A stretch of DNA of 60,633 nt from Macrostomum lignano (GCA_002269645.1 NIVC01002051.1:1-60633); one strand, 5' to 3'. Shown: positions 1-10,797, numbered from the stretch's first letter. The notes: generated by a model from the sequence alone, not told the origin. Made by a program: numbers and translations.

Positions 1-3000
1 CCGAGGTAGTGAGTTGGCCCGCGTGAAGGCGGGACAGATGCTGACGAAATGCTCAGCGGTTTCGTCACCTGAGTTGCAGAAACTACAGGTGGCGTTGGTG
101 GGTTGCCCTGCAGGTACTGGTGCCTGGAGAAGCAGCCGTGACCAGAGAGGGTCATGGTGGCAGCCCGGATGTCTCTGCGCGAGAGGCGCAAGAGGAGCTT
201 CCGGAGCTGGTGAGAGGGCTGAGGACAGCGCCTCTGGATTGCCTGCAGTTCGTGCGGTTCGCCAAGTCGAGCGGTGCTGAGTCCTGATCCACGCTTTGAT
301 GCGCGAGTCGATGACACAGCCAGGAATCGGGACAAGAGGTTCGGGGCCGAGAGAGGAGCCGGAGGCACCAACTTTTGCAAGGGTGTCAGCCAACTCATTT
401 CCTCGGATCCCCACATGCCCCGGAACCCACTTAAGGGTAATTTTGTTGGCGGAACCCAACACATTGAGGAGTTTGATACAGTCAAGGACTGTAGCAGAGT
501 TGGTGCTGCAGCCACTGATGGCGTGCAAGGCAGCTTGGCTGTCCGAATGGAAAATGATGTTCTTACCAGTAACGCCAGTGGCGAGAAGCTCTGCAGTGCA
601 GGAGCTGATGGCCAGAACTTCATTTTGGAAAACACTGGAGTTGACCCCAGTGTATTGAGCGTGGGTAGCGATGACCCTCCCGTTCAGAAAGATTCCAACA
701 CCAAAGCCGGTGTTGGCTGACTGCTTAGAACCGTCGGTGTAGCAATGAAGCTCACCAGGGTTCCAATGGTCATTGATGTTATCGCGCGAGTCGATAGCTA
801 CGGAGTAGCGCTGTCTCAGGTTGAGCGTTGAGGCAATGCCATCGGTGAAGACGCGATTGGCCTGACACTCGTTGAGAAAGTTGAGGCACAGATCGCTATG
901 CGGGACAAGGTTCCGCTTAGCAGGTGCTCTCATGTAAATGAATTTGACGCCGGCATCAATTAGACGCCGCGTCGTTCTAGCCGCCTCACCCCTGATGAAG
1001 AGGTCAAGAGGCGGAAGATTAAGAAGGCCCCCATGCCAGCAAAGGGCGTGGACCTGGTGGCGTTGCAGATGAGCCTACACGCTCTGCCTTGGATCGTGTT
1101 GAGCAGGTCTGCATGGCTTTTGACCTGGGTAGCGCTAACCCAGACAACAGAGGCGTACGTAATGGCAGGTCTAACTACGGAAGTATAGATCCACCAAAGC
1201 CGCTTTGGGGATAGACCCCAAGAAGTGCCAAGTGCTCGTCGGAGCTGGGCCAGGATGGCTGAGGCACGCTTGGCTTTTGCTTTCACGTGGAAGGACCAGT
1301 TGAGCCGGTGGTCAAGTGTGACCCCGAGACATCTGGTCTGGTGCGCGAAGGCAATATCTCTGCCGTAGAGCTGCAGAGGACGTATGTTCCAGCGTAGTCT
1401 GCTGGTAAACATAATGGCAACGGTTTTGGGCTCAGAGAGTTCCAAACCATTGTCATTGGCCCAGGATTCTGCTTTGCGGATAAAGCTCTGCATCAGATCC
1501 CTGAGCGTGCTGGGAGACGGTCCTGCCACAATGGCCGTGACGTCATCAGCATACCCGACTTTGAAGACGGGGTCGGTCGGGAGTCACTCAAAGAGCGTCC
1601 ATGACCAGGTTCCAGAGCGTCGGGGTGAGGACTCCGCCTTGGGGTCCACCCTTACAGACTCTGGTGGAGGCAGTTTGCCCAAGAAGTTGGGCAGTGACCG
1701 TACGGTTGGAGATCATGTACATGATCCACCGTATGAGGGTAGCATGAGCTTTGCGATTTTGAAGGGCCCTCTGAAACGCTTCAAAGATAACGTTGTCGAA
1801 GGCGCCAACAATGTCAAGAAAGAGAGCCAGGGCGTAACCGTCACCCAGTACCGCCCGTTCAATCTTTCGACAATCGCATGCAGGGCGCTGTCAGTCGACC
1901 TCCCGGTACGGAAGGCGTGCTGATTATTGCTGAGGGGCATCGCTGTCAGCTCGCAGGACAGCAGCCGCCAGAGAATAAGCCTCTCAGTGAGCTTAAGCAT
2001 TGCTGACGTTAAGCTAATGGCCGGAAGGCCTTGACGCTTTGGTAGTCACCCTTCCCAGGTTTGGGAATAAAGACTACCGAGCTTCAGTCCAGCTTTTGGG
2101 AACGTATCCCAGCTGGATAGAGGCCCGCATAAGATTGCGGGTGAGTCTCAGGAACGAGGGTATCTTGGCTGCTTCACGAAGGAGAACAGGGTAGATACCA
2201 TCAGGTCCAGGAGATTTGAAGGGTTTGAAGGTTCTGACCGCACGAGCGATTAGGTCTTCAGTGACAATGCCCGCCGCTAGGGTGGCTCCATCCATCGAAT
2301 GGTTGGGCTCCGGTCTAGCAGTAGGTACCCTCGGGAAGAATGTGCTAAGCATATGCTGAAGCACTTCTTCAGGGTCTTTAGTAAGAGAGCCATCATCTTT
2401 TTTGATCATGGCTAATTTGGACATTTTGTCCATTGTAAGGGCCTTGACAAGCCTAGAAGTAGGTCTGTCTTGATCCAATTCATTGCAGAATTGGCGCCAC
2501 TTACATTCCTTGGCCTTGCGCACTTCAGATTTGAAATTGCGGGAGGCTTGCCGGAAAAGCTCCATGTCCTCCGGGTTTCCGGTCTTCATGGCACGGCGAT
2601 GAAGGCTTTTGGCCTTCCGCCTGAGTTTCCCCAGCTCCGGGTTCCACCACGGCGCCGAGGTCTTGCCTTTGTAGGCGCGAGCAGGACAAGCCGCTTCGTA
2701 GGCTGCAATAATGCAACCTGTCAGCGTCTCAGCCATATGATCCACATCCTCGCAGGTCTCAATCGGACGTAAGTCCGTGAGTTCCTGCAGGTGCAGATCA
2801 AGGGCAGCCTTGTAGGCCGCCCAATCAGTGTTGCGGATATTGCGTCTCCAAGTGATCGGAGACTGGGTTTTAGTGTCCGCGATGTTAAAGGCGATAAAGC
2901 AGTGGTCAGACAGGGAGGGCTCCTCAGACCAGACTCTCCACTCCTCAACTCTGTCAAAGAGTCTTGGGGTAACGAGTGTGGCGTCGAGGACCTCGGTCCA

Positions 3001-3565
3001 TCTGCCATTATTAAAGGTAGGAGTGCTGCCGCGGTTGCAGAGCATGAGGTTTGTGTTAGAGATGAGGGCCAGAAGCTCCTCTCCTCTAGTGTTGGTATCT
3101 TTGCTGCCCCAGTGCTTGTGGTGCGCGTTGAGGTCGCCCCCTAAGCACAGCTCAGCGTTCTGGGACTCGCAGTACTGCGCGAGGCGCAGTAAACTCTCAG
3201 GAGCAGGGTCTCTGTCGCCTGGGATATAAACCGAGGCAACAAGACACGTACGCGGAGAGAAATGATTAGATTGGATGACGCAAAGGTCTCCATCAGAGAG
3301 ATCAGTCCTCAGCCAAGCCTGGAGATGGCTAGCAGCGAGGATAGCCGCTCTAGGCGGCTGTTCCCCGGGCCACACACATAAAAATCAGAGTAGCCAGAGG
3401 AATGTTGGGCAACTTACCGTTGCGCATCCAGGGTTCCTGGATCAGGATGAGGCCTGGCCTGTACAGCTCAGCAATCTTCATCAGATTTACTGACGCAGAT
3501 ACGCAATGCTGTAAATTAATTTGCAGACAGAATGTCGCTCCTTTGGCAGCGTGGAGCTTAGTCAT
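1..3565 (-). CDS. ORF2 polyprotein: apurinic-like endonuclease, reverse transcriptase, RNase H, zinc knuckle (frameshifted as assembled)
   Basis: Manual translation gives LQINLQH..LIQEPW and LGGDLNAHH..WGS..SDH (APE); SPGPDG, LFLDIVGAFDNV, GGPQGGVLTPTLWN, YADD at 1553-1542 and CLGVTLD (RT); YTDGSK at 741-724, FQNEVLAI, SDSQAAL and WVPGHVGIRGNELADTLAK (RNase H); CSFC-x8-H-x4-C at 87-34. Frameshifts occur near 3390, 2077, 2010, 1861, 1590, 1022, ~240 and ~100. Confidence 0.93.
364..750 (-). other. RNase H domain of LINE ORF2
   Basis: One uninterrupted frame: HCYTDGSKQ...SVFQNEVLAI...IIFHSDSQAALHAI...KWVPGHVGIRGNELADTLAKVGA, with all catalytic D/E/D/D positions present. Confidence 0.92.
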
Positions 3566-3603
3566 ACTGTATTAAATGCAATTCTGGCTAGAGCCCAGGG
3601 CCA

Positions 3604-5107
3604 TCAAGGAGACTTGGACAACAGATCGTCCTCGTCCCAGGCCGCTGGGGCTTGACTGGGAGATGGGAGTTGGTCGACGTCCATGGCCTCCTCACCCCCA
3701 CCGGCCCCCCCAGCAGAGTCCTCAGGCTCCGATGACAGGATGGAGGAAGCTTCCTCACCTGCATCTTTACCTTCAGACCCCACCAGGGTGGCCGAGGAGA
3801 GCTCGGATTCCGAAGACCCGGCCTCGTCCTCAACTCCTTCTCCGACTGGCAGGTTTGGTTCCCGGGGCTTGGCCGGAGCCGTTACCGCGGTCGCCGAACT
3901 GCTGCTAGCAGAGGGGCGAGATGCAGCTTTGGCTTTGGGATCGGCTTGCGCCTTTCCTTGGGCCTTAGACTGCGCCCCGCTCTTGCCGGAGATGCCGGGT
4001 TGGCAGTAGCCTTCCCTTTGGCAGACTTTCCTCGGCGCATCTTGAGCTTGAGGGCACCCAGCTGGAAAGAGGATCCATTAGGGTACCGACTCGCCCAAGT
4101 GCTGGAAAGGCCGAGGACAATTGAGTTGCCCGTCTCCCCCCTGCGGACTTTACGGTGATACACCAGTCCACTAGCAGGGAGGTCGGGGTTCAGACGCAGT
4201 AGGACCCGGCGAATAACGTCTGGTCCAGCTGCGGTGCTCTTAGCAGGGACGAAAACCACATAGGGTATCGTCTTTGGACGCTGGCCCTCGCGAAGAAAAA
4301 GAGCTCCGCCAAGGTCAGCATCCAAGGAGACCGTCGGTAGCCGCTGGAGCAGCTGCCGAGCGTCCTCCTCGCTGCTAGGAGCAATAAGAACGAATGTGCT
4401 TCGCAGCACCATCCGCTCAATGCCGATGGAGATTCCCTCCTCGACAGTCAGCTCAATCAGATAGGAGTCAACAGCACTCCACACTTTTTGAAGCTGATCA
4501 GTGGTCCAGTCCTGGTCGCGACCTTGGATGATCACTCCCGGGATTTTGGCCTTGGCCTTCGCCGCAAAGGTAGCTCCCGAAGGAACCTCCTTGTTGGCAG
4601 TGGCCATTTGTTGCGCCGTGGTTTCGGCCTCAGCAGCCGCAGCAGCATCTCCAGGGAGCGCCGCCGCTGAACTACTGGAGCTTCCACCGGCCGGCCCGCC
4701 TGGTTGCCTTGGGACTCCAGTCGCTTCAGCATCCATGGTGGACGCCGCCGCTTTGGCCCCCGCAGCTCCCTTCTTGGCCTGCCTTTTGGCGCGTTGTTTA
4801 GCGCGTTTGCGCTCAAGCCGAGCCCGCTGAGCTTCATCGGATCTGCCAGATTTGGCCGGTCCTTTAGGCTCAGAGCTCGCGGTTCCCTTAGATCCACCAG
4901 CGGAGCTGGCAGGTCTTGGGTATTTTGAGTTTGGTAGCTCTGGTCGGATCTGCCAGCAGAGCCAGCCGGTCCTTCCTTTGCCACAGTTGAATCAGTCGGT
5001 TGGGATCTGCCAGCAGGGCCGGCCGGTCCTTCGGACTGAGGTTGGGGTTTAGAAGGGTCCCCGTCCCTAGAAATAGCTTGTTTATCCATAGTCGGCTCGA
5101 AGGCCAT
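3604..5107 (-). CDS. ORF1 (gag-like nucleic-acid chaperone) of the LINE, with frameshifts
   Basis: Overlapping ORF-track pieces 4532-5164 and 3882-4736, plus an acidic C-terminal frame ending WDEDDLLSKSP* (TGA at 3606-3604), 39 nt upstream of the ORF2 ATG (3565). Position and low-complexity composition are typical of LINE ORF1. The start codon choice (ATG 5107) is uncertain. Confidence 0.7.
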
Positions 5108-6500
5108 GATAAAAGGTTGGTGGGCTACCCTCAAAGGGGCGCGGTACCCACCCGGCCGCTCCACCTGACCGGGCAGTAGGCCAATACACCCTCAAGGCTG
5201 GCCCGACACCAGGAGGGGGACCGCTTGCGACCGGACTACTCCCCGGCCTTCCAGCCCATCGGCACGGTCAACACCTTAGGCATTAGAGAGTACGTTGAGC
5301 AGTACCACGGCCTGCAGGTTGGCGAGCCAGACCCGCATACCCAAATTCGGCCGAAGCCACTGGATAGGGTCGCCAGCGCCGGAGCCCAGTCTGTCCAGCA
5401 GCCCTAGGGACTGCCTTGAACACACGCGGGGACGAGTACCCTGGGTCGACTTGCGAGACAGCGTGGGGGGGGGGTCTGCGGCTGCCAGAGGCAAATAGAG
5501 GGTGCAGACCTCCCACCAGCCTTGACCTGCTGAAGATAGGGGCAGGCGTGAAGCATCGCAGACCTTAGCCCATGGGCCTAGTCTGTCTCATACTTCACTG
5601 GCATGCTGAATACGCCTTCGCGTGCTAGGCGCCGGTCACAGTGGACCAATGGCAAGGCAGTTCTCAGTCGACCAATCTATCAAATCAGTGAGCAAAACTG
5701 CCAGAAGTGCAGAATCGGCGCCAGAGATGTACTTTGTGCACTCTAGGGTAGCCAAGCGGCTCGGGTAAATGAATCATGCGGTCCCTGAAGTTCGAGTTAG
5801 TCTATCATCAGCGCTATGAGAGGCTAGTTGGCGCGTTGAAGGCCAAAAGTACATATCTTCGTATTTAGCAATGTAATAGTACATGCAGCTACCCCATAGA
5901 CTCGCCACCGCAAGAACCCCTGCACAAGTCCCCTCTGTACCTGCATGGCCAATGCGATCTAGTCCCAGCAGTGTCCCCTATCATCGGCTATGACTTCGAG
6001 ATTGACAGCAAAAAGACACTAGTTGGCAGGTAAGTGCAAAGCCCCTTCTAGTCGGAAGCCCGATTTCGAGAGTCCCGGTGTGGTGAGCCAGGGCGCACGG
6101 GCTGGTGGCAGCAAGTTAGTTGATCTGCGGATTAGCTAATTTCTACTTTCAAAATTCTCCCTGCTCGTCTCTCGCTGTCCCTCTCTTAGCTATAGGACCT
6201 AGACTGCTCGCCACACGATCAAGCTACCATGGGGCTGACCATCTGACAGGAGTGGGGGCCAGGTCTCTAATTGATTTATTTCTGAGCCTGAGGCCCGAAG
6301 GCTTCCCTAACAAGGAGCCCGAAGGTCGAAACCCATCATGTACCCTAACCTACATCCTTAACCCACCAAACCTAATCGTTGGTATAGTCGGCTGGCAGTC
6401 AACTTGTCGGTAATAGCTTATTTCAGCAGTTCAGCACAATCTCTGGCGTACTGGCAGGGCGACACGTGGGCTCCCCTGCTCTTCATCATGGTCTTGTAGA

Positions 6501-7175
6501 CAGACGCGTCGCCACCAGGGGGGACAGGAGGGACAGGGGGGACATGTCCCCCCAGTAAAAGCTAGGGCGGGGACATGCCAATGCTTTGTCCCCCACCTTA
6601 CCTTGTGACCCGTATCAATAACCAATTATAATTTTAGCGCCAAATAAATGCCTGCGGCGCCAAAAGAAATGCGCCTGCGATGCTAAAAGGAGTACGAGTG
6701 CCTGCGGCGCCAAAAGGAGTGCCTGCGGCGGCAAATGGAATGCCTGCGGCGCCAAAAGGCTGGCGGCGGCGGCAGCTACGCGGCTTCCGGAGCCACCACA
6801 GTACAGGGCTCGGCAGGGGGCAACAGCCAGGCTGCCGGGCGGGTCAGCATCCAAATGCCTGCAGCCCCAAAAAATGCCTGCGGCGCCAAAAGAAATGCCT
6901 GCGGCGCCAAAAGGAGTGCCTGTGGCGCCAAAAGGAGTGCCTGCGGCGCCAAATGGAGTGCCTGCGGCACCAGAGAAATGCCTGCGGCGCCAAAAGAAAT
7001 GCCTTCGGCGCCAAATGAGAGTGCCTGCGGCGCCAAAATTAGGACCCGCGGCGCAAAAATGAGCGTGACAACACAATTCTCAAAATAATTGAAATGTAGA
7101 AATTTAGTCATGTACATGTACATGTTGAATTCATGGCTTTGTCCCCCCACCATAAAATCAATAGCGACGCCCCTG
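6501..7175. mobile_element. hAT-like non-autonomous DNA transposon (MITE) with an internal minisatellite
   Basis: Left end CAGACGCGTCGC (6501-6512) vs reverse complement of the right end CAGGGGCGTCGC (7164-7175), 10/12 match. Subterminal GTCCCCC motifs at both ends. Flanking 8-mers cttgtaga/gtcgtgga match 5/8 (eroded TSD). Confidence 0.7.
6647..7055. repeat. ~20-21 bp minisatellite (ATGCCTGCGGCGCCAAAAG..)
   Basis: More than a dozen imperfect copies, interrupted at ~6760-6850. Confidence 0.9.
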
Positions 7176-8340
7176 GTCGTGGATTATGGGCTGCGCCGCT
7201 CCCTTCAAGAGGATGACAGCTACAGTACATGCTGGTCCCATGCCGAAGCTCCCGACATATCGTGTTGTTCCACTGCACGACCCCAAAAAAAAGACAGTCG
7301 GAATAGAATCGGATTTCGATCGGATTTCTACGTGCGATGGGAATTACGCCTGCTCTCGCGTATGCCGATGACATCGCGTTCCTTTGTCGGGACCCAGCTG
7401 CTTCCCAACACGCTCTTTCTCGGCTCTGTGATGAGGGCGCCCGCTTGTGGCTGGTTGGTCAACGCTCGCAAAACAAAAAGGTGAAGCGCCTTGGGCACTG
7501 ACACCGCCCCGGCACTTGCGCTGCCCAACGGAGACGCCATGACCGAGTGCAAGGACTTCTGGTACCTCGGATCTTCAACAGGAGGAATCAGGCCTGGCTC
7601 AGGAACGTCTTCAACTCAGCTGCGAGGGACGGCCTGAAGGTGCGCCTCTTCTCCGTGGCCGTGGAGCCGATCCTCCTGTAGTGCCGATGACCGACACACG
7701 AGATTGAGCGCTGGATGCGCTTCAGGTCCCTGATGCGCTTCGCTCTAGGCGTGTACACTAAACCCGAGAGGTTGCCGTCCTGCAGAGACCTAGCTGATGG
7801 CCCACGTCGGGCGTTCCAGACCTGAGCGTCGCCGCCAGAGTCCGCTGCTGGAATTTAGTGGGTTCGAAATCTGTGGGTTTCAACAGCTTGTATTCGTATG
7901 AAACAAAGTATCTCAATCGCATTAAATGATTGATAACATTTCACTGCATATCAAGCGAGTTCTAATAGTCGTCTTAGTGCTCTTTTAAAATTTGTTAGAA
8001 TTCGTTAAATATGTTAGTTTTTTAATATGAACATGAAAATCTCAATCCGAGGGTCAGAAAATTAAGAGGTCTAGAAAATTAATATACTGCGTAATGCAAT
8101 GATCTACACTGTTACCAGCACGAATTGTTTCAAATGGAGAAATTATAGTTAAGACTTGAGGGACATGCACAATGGTCCTCTTTACACCCCAGGAGCTATA
8201 AACAGGCAATAGTAATTAATTGAGAGAGAGAGAGAGAGAGAGGTTAAAAGCTTCACAAGCCAATTAAAGCTGTCTTCAGGAGCAAATGCTTAATCTATAC
8301 GTATTTGGCATAGAGTAACCGTAATCCAAAATTCTTTTTG

Positions 8341-8551
8341 TTTCGTCAAAGTCTGACCAGCAGGGGGCTCCCCAGGGAGCCATTGATCTCATTCACTTCG
8401 TCAACCGACTAATCAGTAATAATACCTCTAAACTTGGTCACTTCGTCAAAGCAAATACCGCTTTGACTATTAACCCCTGCCAAATAAAGATAGTCACTTC
8501 GTCAACGTCAACCATTCGACAAAACGCCAGTTGACGAAGTGAGCAGCACCC
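8341..8551. repeat. CACTTCGTCAA motif cluster (3 direct, 1 inverted, 1 partial), possibly the subterminal array of a small DNA element
   Basis: Direct copies at 8394, 8439 and 8495; inverted TTGACGAAGTG at 8531; partial TTCGTCAA at 8342. Confidence 0.55.
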
Positions 8552-9762
8552 GTGGGCGTGGCCACTGCATATGTCATGTGCGAAAAATATTTTTTTTGGC
8601 TATCTTGGGTGGGCTTAAGCCTATACTTCTATACATTTAGGCCCTATATTGTATAACTTTATCATGTTTAGGCACTCTTTAAAAACACTGTAGCTAAATT
8701 TTTTATAACTATAAACATTTTTTATATAGGCTACTATTACTAACCTATCCTGTTTTTGGATCTATTCTATGTCATTTCTAGGTTTTACTTTAAGGACTTA
8801 GCCTTCTATGGAATAGGCCTTTATCTAGCTAAGGAACAAAATAGAAAACATATGCTAGAATAAAAAACAACTGATCAAAATTATAAGCTCTTATAAATAT
8901 GGCTAGTGATGACAAACCTAATATTATAGTATTTAAAATATATTATATACCAAATATAATGTTTTGGCAAATTTATGCTATTTTTAAATTGCCAACCTAA
9001 TTATAGTAATTTATTTTCTGAAATCTATCGCATACCCACAGACAACTCATTTTTAGTATATAGGATAGGCCCCCTATTGAAAAAAATTGGCATAGGCATA
9101 GGCCTATCCTAGATGATGTTGATGACACATGGCTAGCCTCATATGTTATAGCACCATCTTGTTTTTGTTAATAAAAAAGCAATTTGGCTAGGCTACTTCA
9201 ATCAATATATCCAATGATTTTATAATATAAGTATTGGTCAATTTGGTTGGCCTAATAACATTTTGTATTAATAAAAAAGCTTCAAGATATGGCATTTAAA
9301 ATTAAAGTCATTAATAAGTCTTTAGTTAAGCCTATAATATAATTTAATATATAATACTGGGTACTTATAGAGCTATATACTGTATATAATAAGCATAAAT
9401 CAATGAATGTATTTATGTATTTATTCATTTTGTTTTTTAAAAACAATTTTTATATATAATGTAGTCAATTTTATAAACTTAATGTACTTATAAACTGAAA
9501 AAATAGGTGAGTCAATATTCTCAAATGATAACATCAATAATAGGCTTCAAGCAGTTGCCTAGTGTTTCAAGTGCCTTTTTAATAGTAAAAATATAACTAG
9601 ATAGCGAATAAACTTTAAATGGCATAAATAGAGCTTCTTTATATAGAGCAGTTGTACTAATAAGTCCTTGTAAGTCCTGAGACAACACTTGGACTTGCTC
9701 TGGGTCTTGGTAAGACTATAAGAAGGTGTAAATTATATATTTGTTTTGCTATTGTTTAACAG
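8552..9762 (+). promoter_or_regulatory. Putative promoter and AT-rich 5' intron/outron of the LOTUS gene, ending in a 3' splice acceptor
   Basis: GC-box-like GGGCGTGGC near 8555; very AT-rich tract 8600-9760; pyrimidine tract ttgttttgctattgtttaacAG with AG at 9761-9762, 77 nt upstream of the ATG. Confidence 0.4.
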
Positions 9763-9839
9763 ATTTTGGTGAAAAGTAAAGCATATCATATTGACTAGCA
9801 GGTTCAATCTAATGCCAAACAACACTCCAGCCCGCCGCC

Positions 9840-10487
9840 ATGACATCCAACCCTCTTCTTCGCGCTGTGCTACTCTCTGCTAAGAATGGCGTCCGCCTGT
9901 CCGAGCTTCAGTCGCAGTACCGAGCTTTGGCTGGACACGAGCTGGACCTTCGCGGCCAGAGTCTGCAAAAGTTTATTCAGGATTGTGATGAAGCCTATCT
10001 GAGACTGGTCAATGGAGAGCTGGTTGCTTTCGGCCGGGAGACTGAACAGACTCAGCATATTTGCTCGCTAATTCGGCGACAGAAAACCACAGGCGGAGGC
10101 GGCGGCCGGGGCCACGGTGGGCGCAGGCAGCAGCAGCAGCAGCAGGACCAGCAGCAACAGAAGCGCTATTCAGCTGGTCAAAACCGTCGCTTCAATCGCG
10201 AACGCGAAGAGAATTTTCAACAAGATAATCATCACCGGGCCACTGGGATGCAGCTGCCGCATCGCCGCTACCAGCATCAGCGCCAACAGCAGGCTTTCGA
10301 CTATCGCCGAACTACAGTTCTGTCCATTGTTGATGAGAATACCACTAATGGCGCTGACCGACTGGTGCGACTCGACCACGCCAGCGGCGGTGGCGCCAGC
10401 CTGCGAGTGACCATCTCAAATAACAAAAACTCAGTTGGTCGCAGAGCTGCGTTTCGGCGATGGCCTCTTGCGGAGTGCGATCTGTGA
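9840..10487 (+). CDS. LOTUS (OST-HTH) domain-only protein with a TDRD7/TDRD5-type extended LOTUS and a Q/R/G-rich disordered tail, 215 aa
   Basis: N-terminal LRAVLLSAKNGVRLSELQSQYRALAG closely resembles the first LOTUS of TDRD7 as I recall it (LRAVLQSHKNGV...YRSLTG). It is followed by the eLOTUS C-terminal helix motif ETEQTQHICSLIRRQK. GCCGCCATG start context, intact ORF, AATAAA at 10592. Confidence 0.85.
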   Translation: MTSNPLLRAVLLSAKNGVRLSELQSQYRALAGHELDLRGQSLQKFIQDCDEAYLRLVNGELVAFGRETEQTQHICSLIRRQKTTGGGGGRGHGGRRQQQQQQDQQQQKRYSAGQNRRFNREREENFQQDNHHRATGMQLPHRRYQHQRQQQAFDYRRTTVLSIVDENTTNGADRLVRLDHASGGGASLRVTISNNKNSVGRRAAFRRWPLAECDL

Positions 10488-10591
10488 CTGTGCCCTATGT
10501 GACCCTTGATGTTGACGTGGGGATGCCCGCATGTCTCTGGATTCATTGTCTGTTTCACTATTTTTACCACTAGCTATCATCTCGCTTTTCA

Positions 10592-10597
10592 AATAAA
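10592..10597 (+). terminator. Polyadenylation signal of the LOTUS gene
   Basis: AATAAA 105 nt after the stop codon, followed by T-rich sequence. Confidence 0.55.
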
Positions 10598-10797
10598 TTT
10601 ATACCCAATAGAAGGTTAATACTCGTACGCTTTTAGTTAGCGACTTTTTAAGTTTTTATAGATTTCCTGAATTAACCACTTTCAAGTCGATACTTTAATT
10701 TGAGTTGAAAACTATACAGACAGTAAGTGGGGTGCAGGGCCCAAACGGTAATATTTAAGCCAAAAAACTGGGGGGGGGGCTTGAGTGCAAGATAAGA

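Larger units (their letters stand above)
1..6420 (-). mobile_element. Non-LTR retrotransposon (LINE), LOA/R1-group, nearly full length; 3' end runs off the left edge of the window
   Basis: Minus-strand order: ~1.3 kb non-coding leader, ORF1, then ORF2 with APE, RT, RNase H and a C-terminal CCHC knuckle. The signature FKPFKSPGPDGIYPVLL plus RNase H fits LOA-clade elements. The 5' boundary (~6420) is inferred from where the RTE-like RT relic begins. Confidence 0.9.
6421..7830 (+). pseudogene. Degenerate RTE-like LINE reverse transcriptase fragment, interrupted by a MITE at 6501-7175
   Basis: GVL(fs)QGDTWAPLLFIMV at 6445-6493 continues as VDYGLRR after 7176. Then LAYADDIAFL (YADD 7361-7372), VNARKT, DFWYLGS, VRLFSVAVEPILL and LMRFALGV, which resemble RTE-type RT subdomains 4-7 and thumb. 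Confidence 0.8.

Noticed and set aside
14-5052. Plus-strand ORFs overlapping the LINE (e.g. 274-720, 1384-1923, 3683-4009)
   Set aside because: Antisense shadows of the GC-rich ORF1/ORF2 with no independent motifs.
5790-5811. CTGATGA...GAAC on the minus strand of the LINE leader
   Set aside because: No stem II pairing and GAAC instead of GAAA; not a canonical hammerhead.
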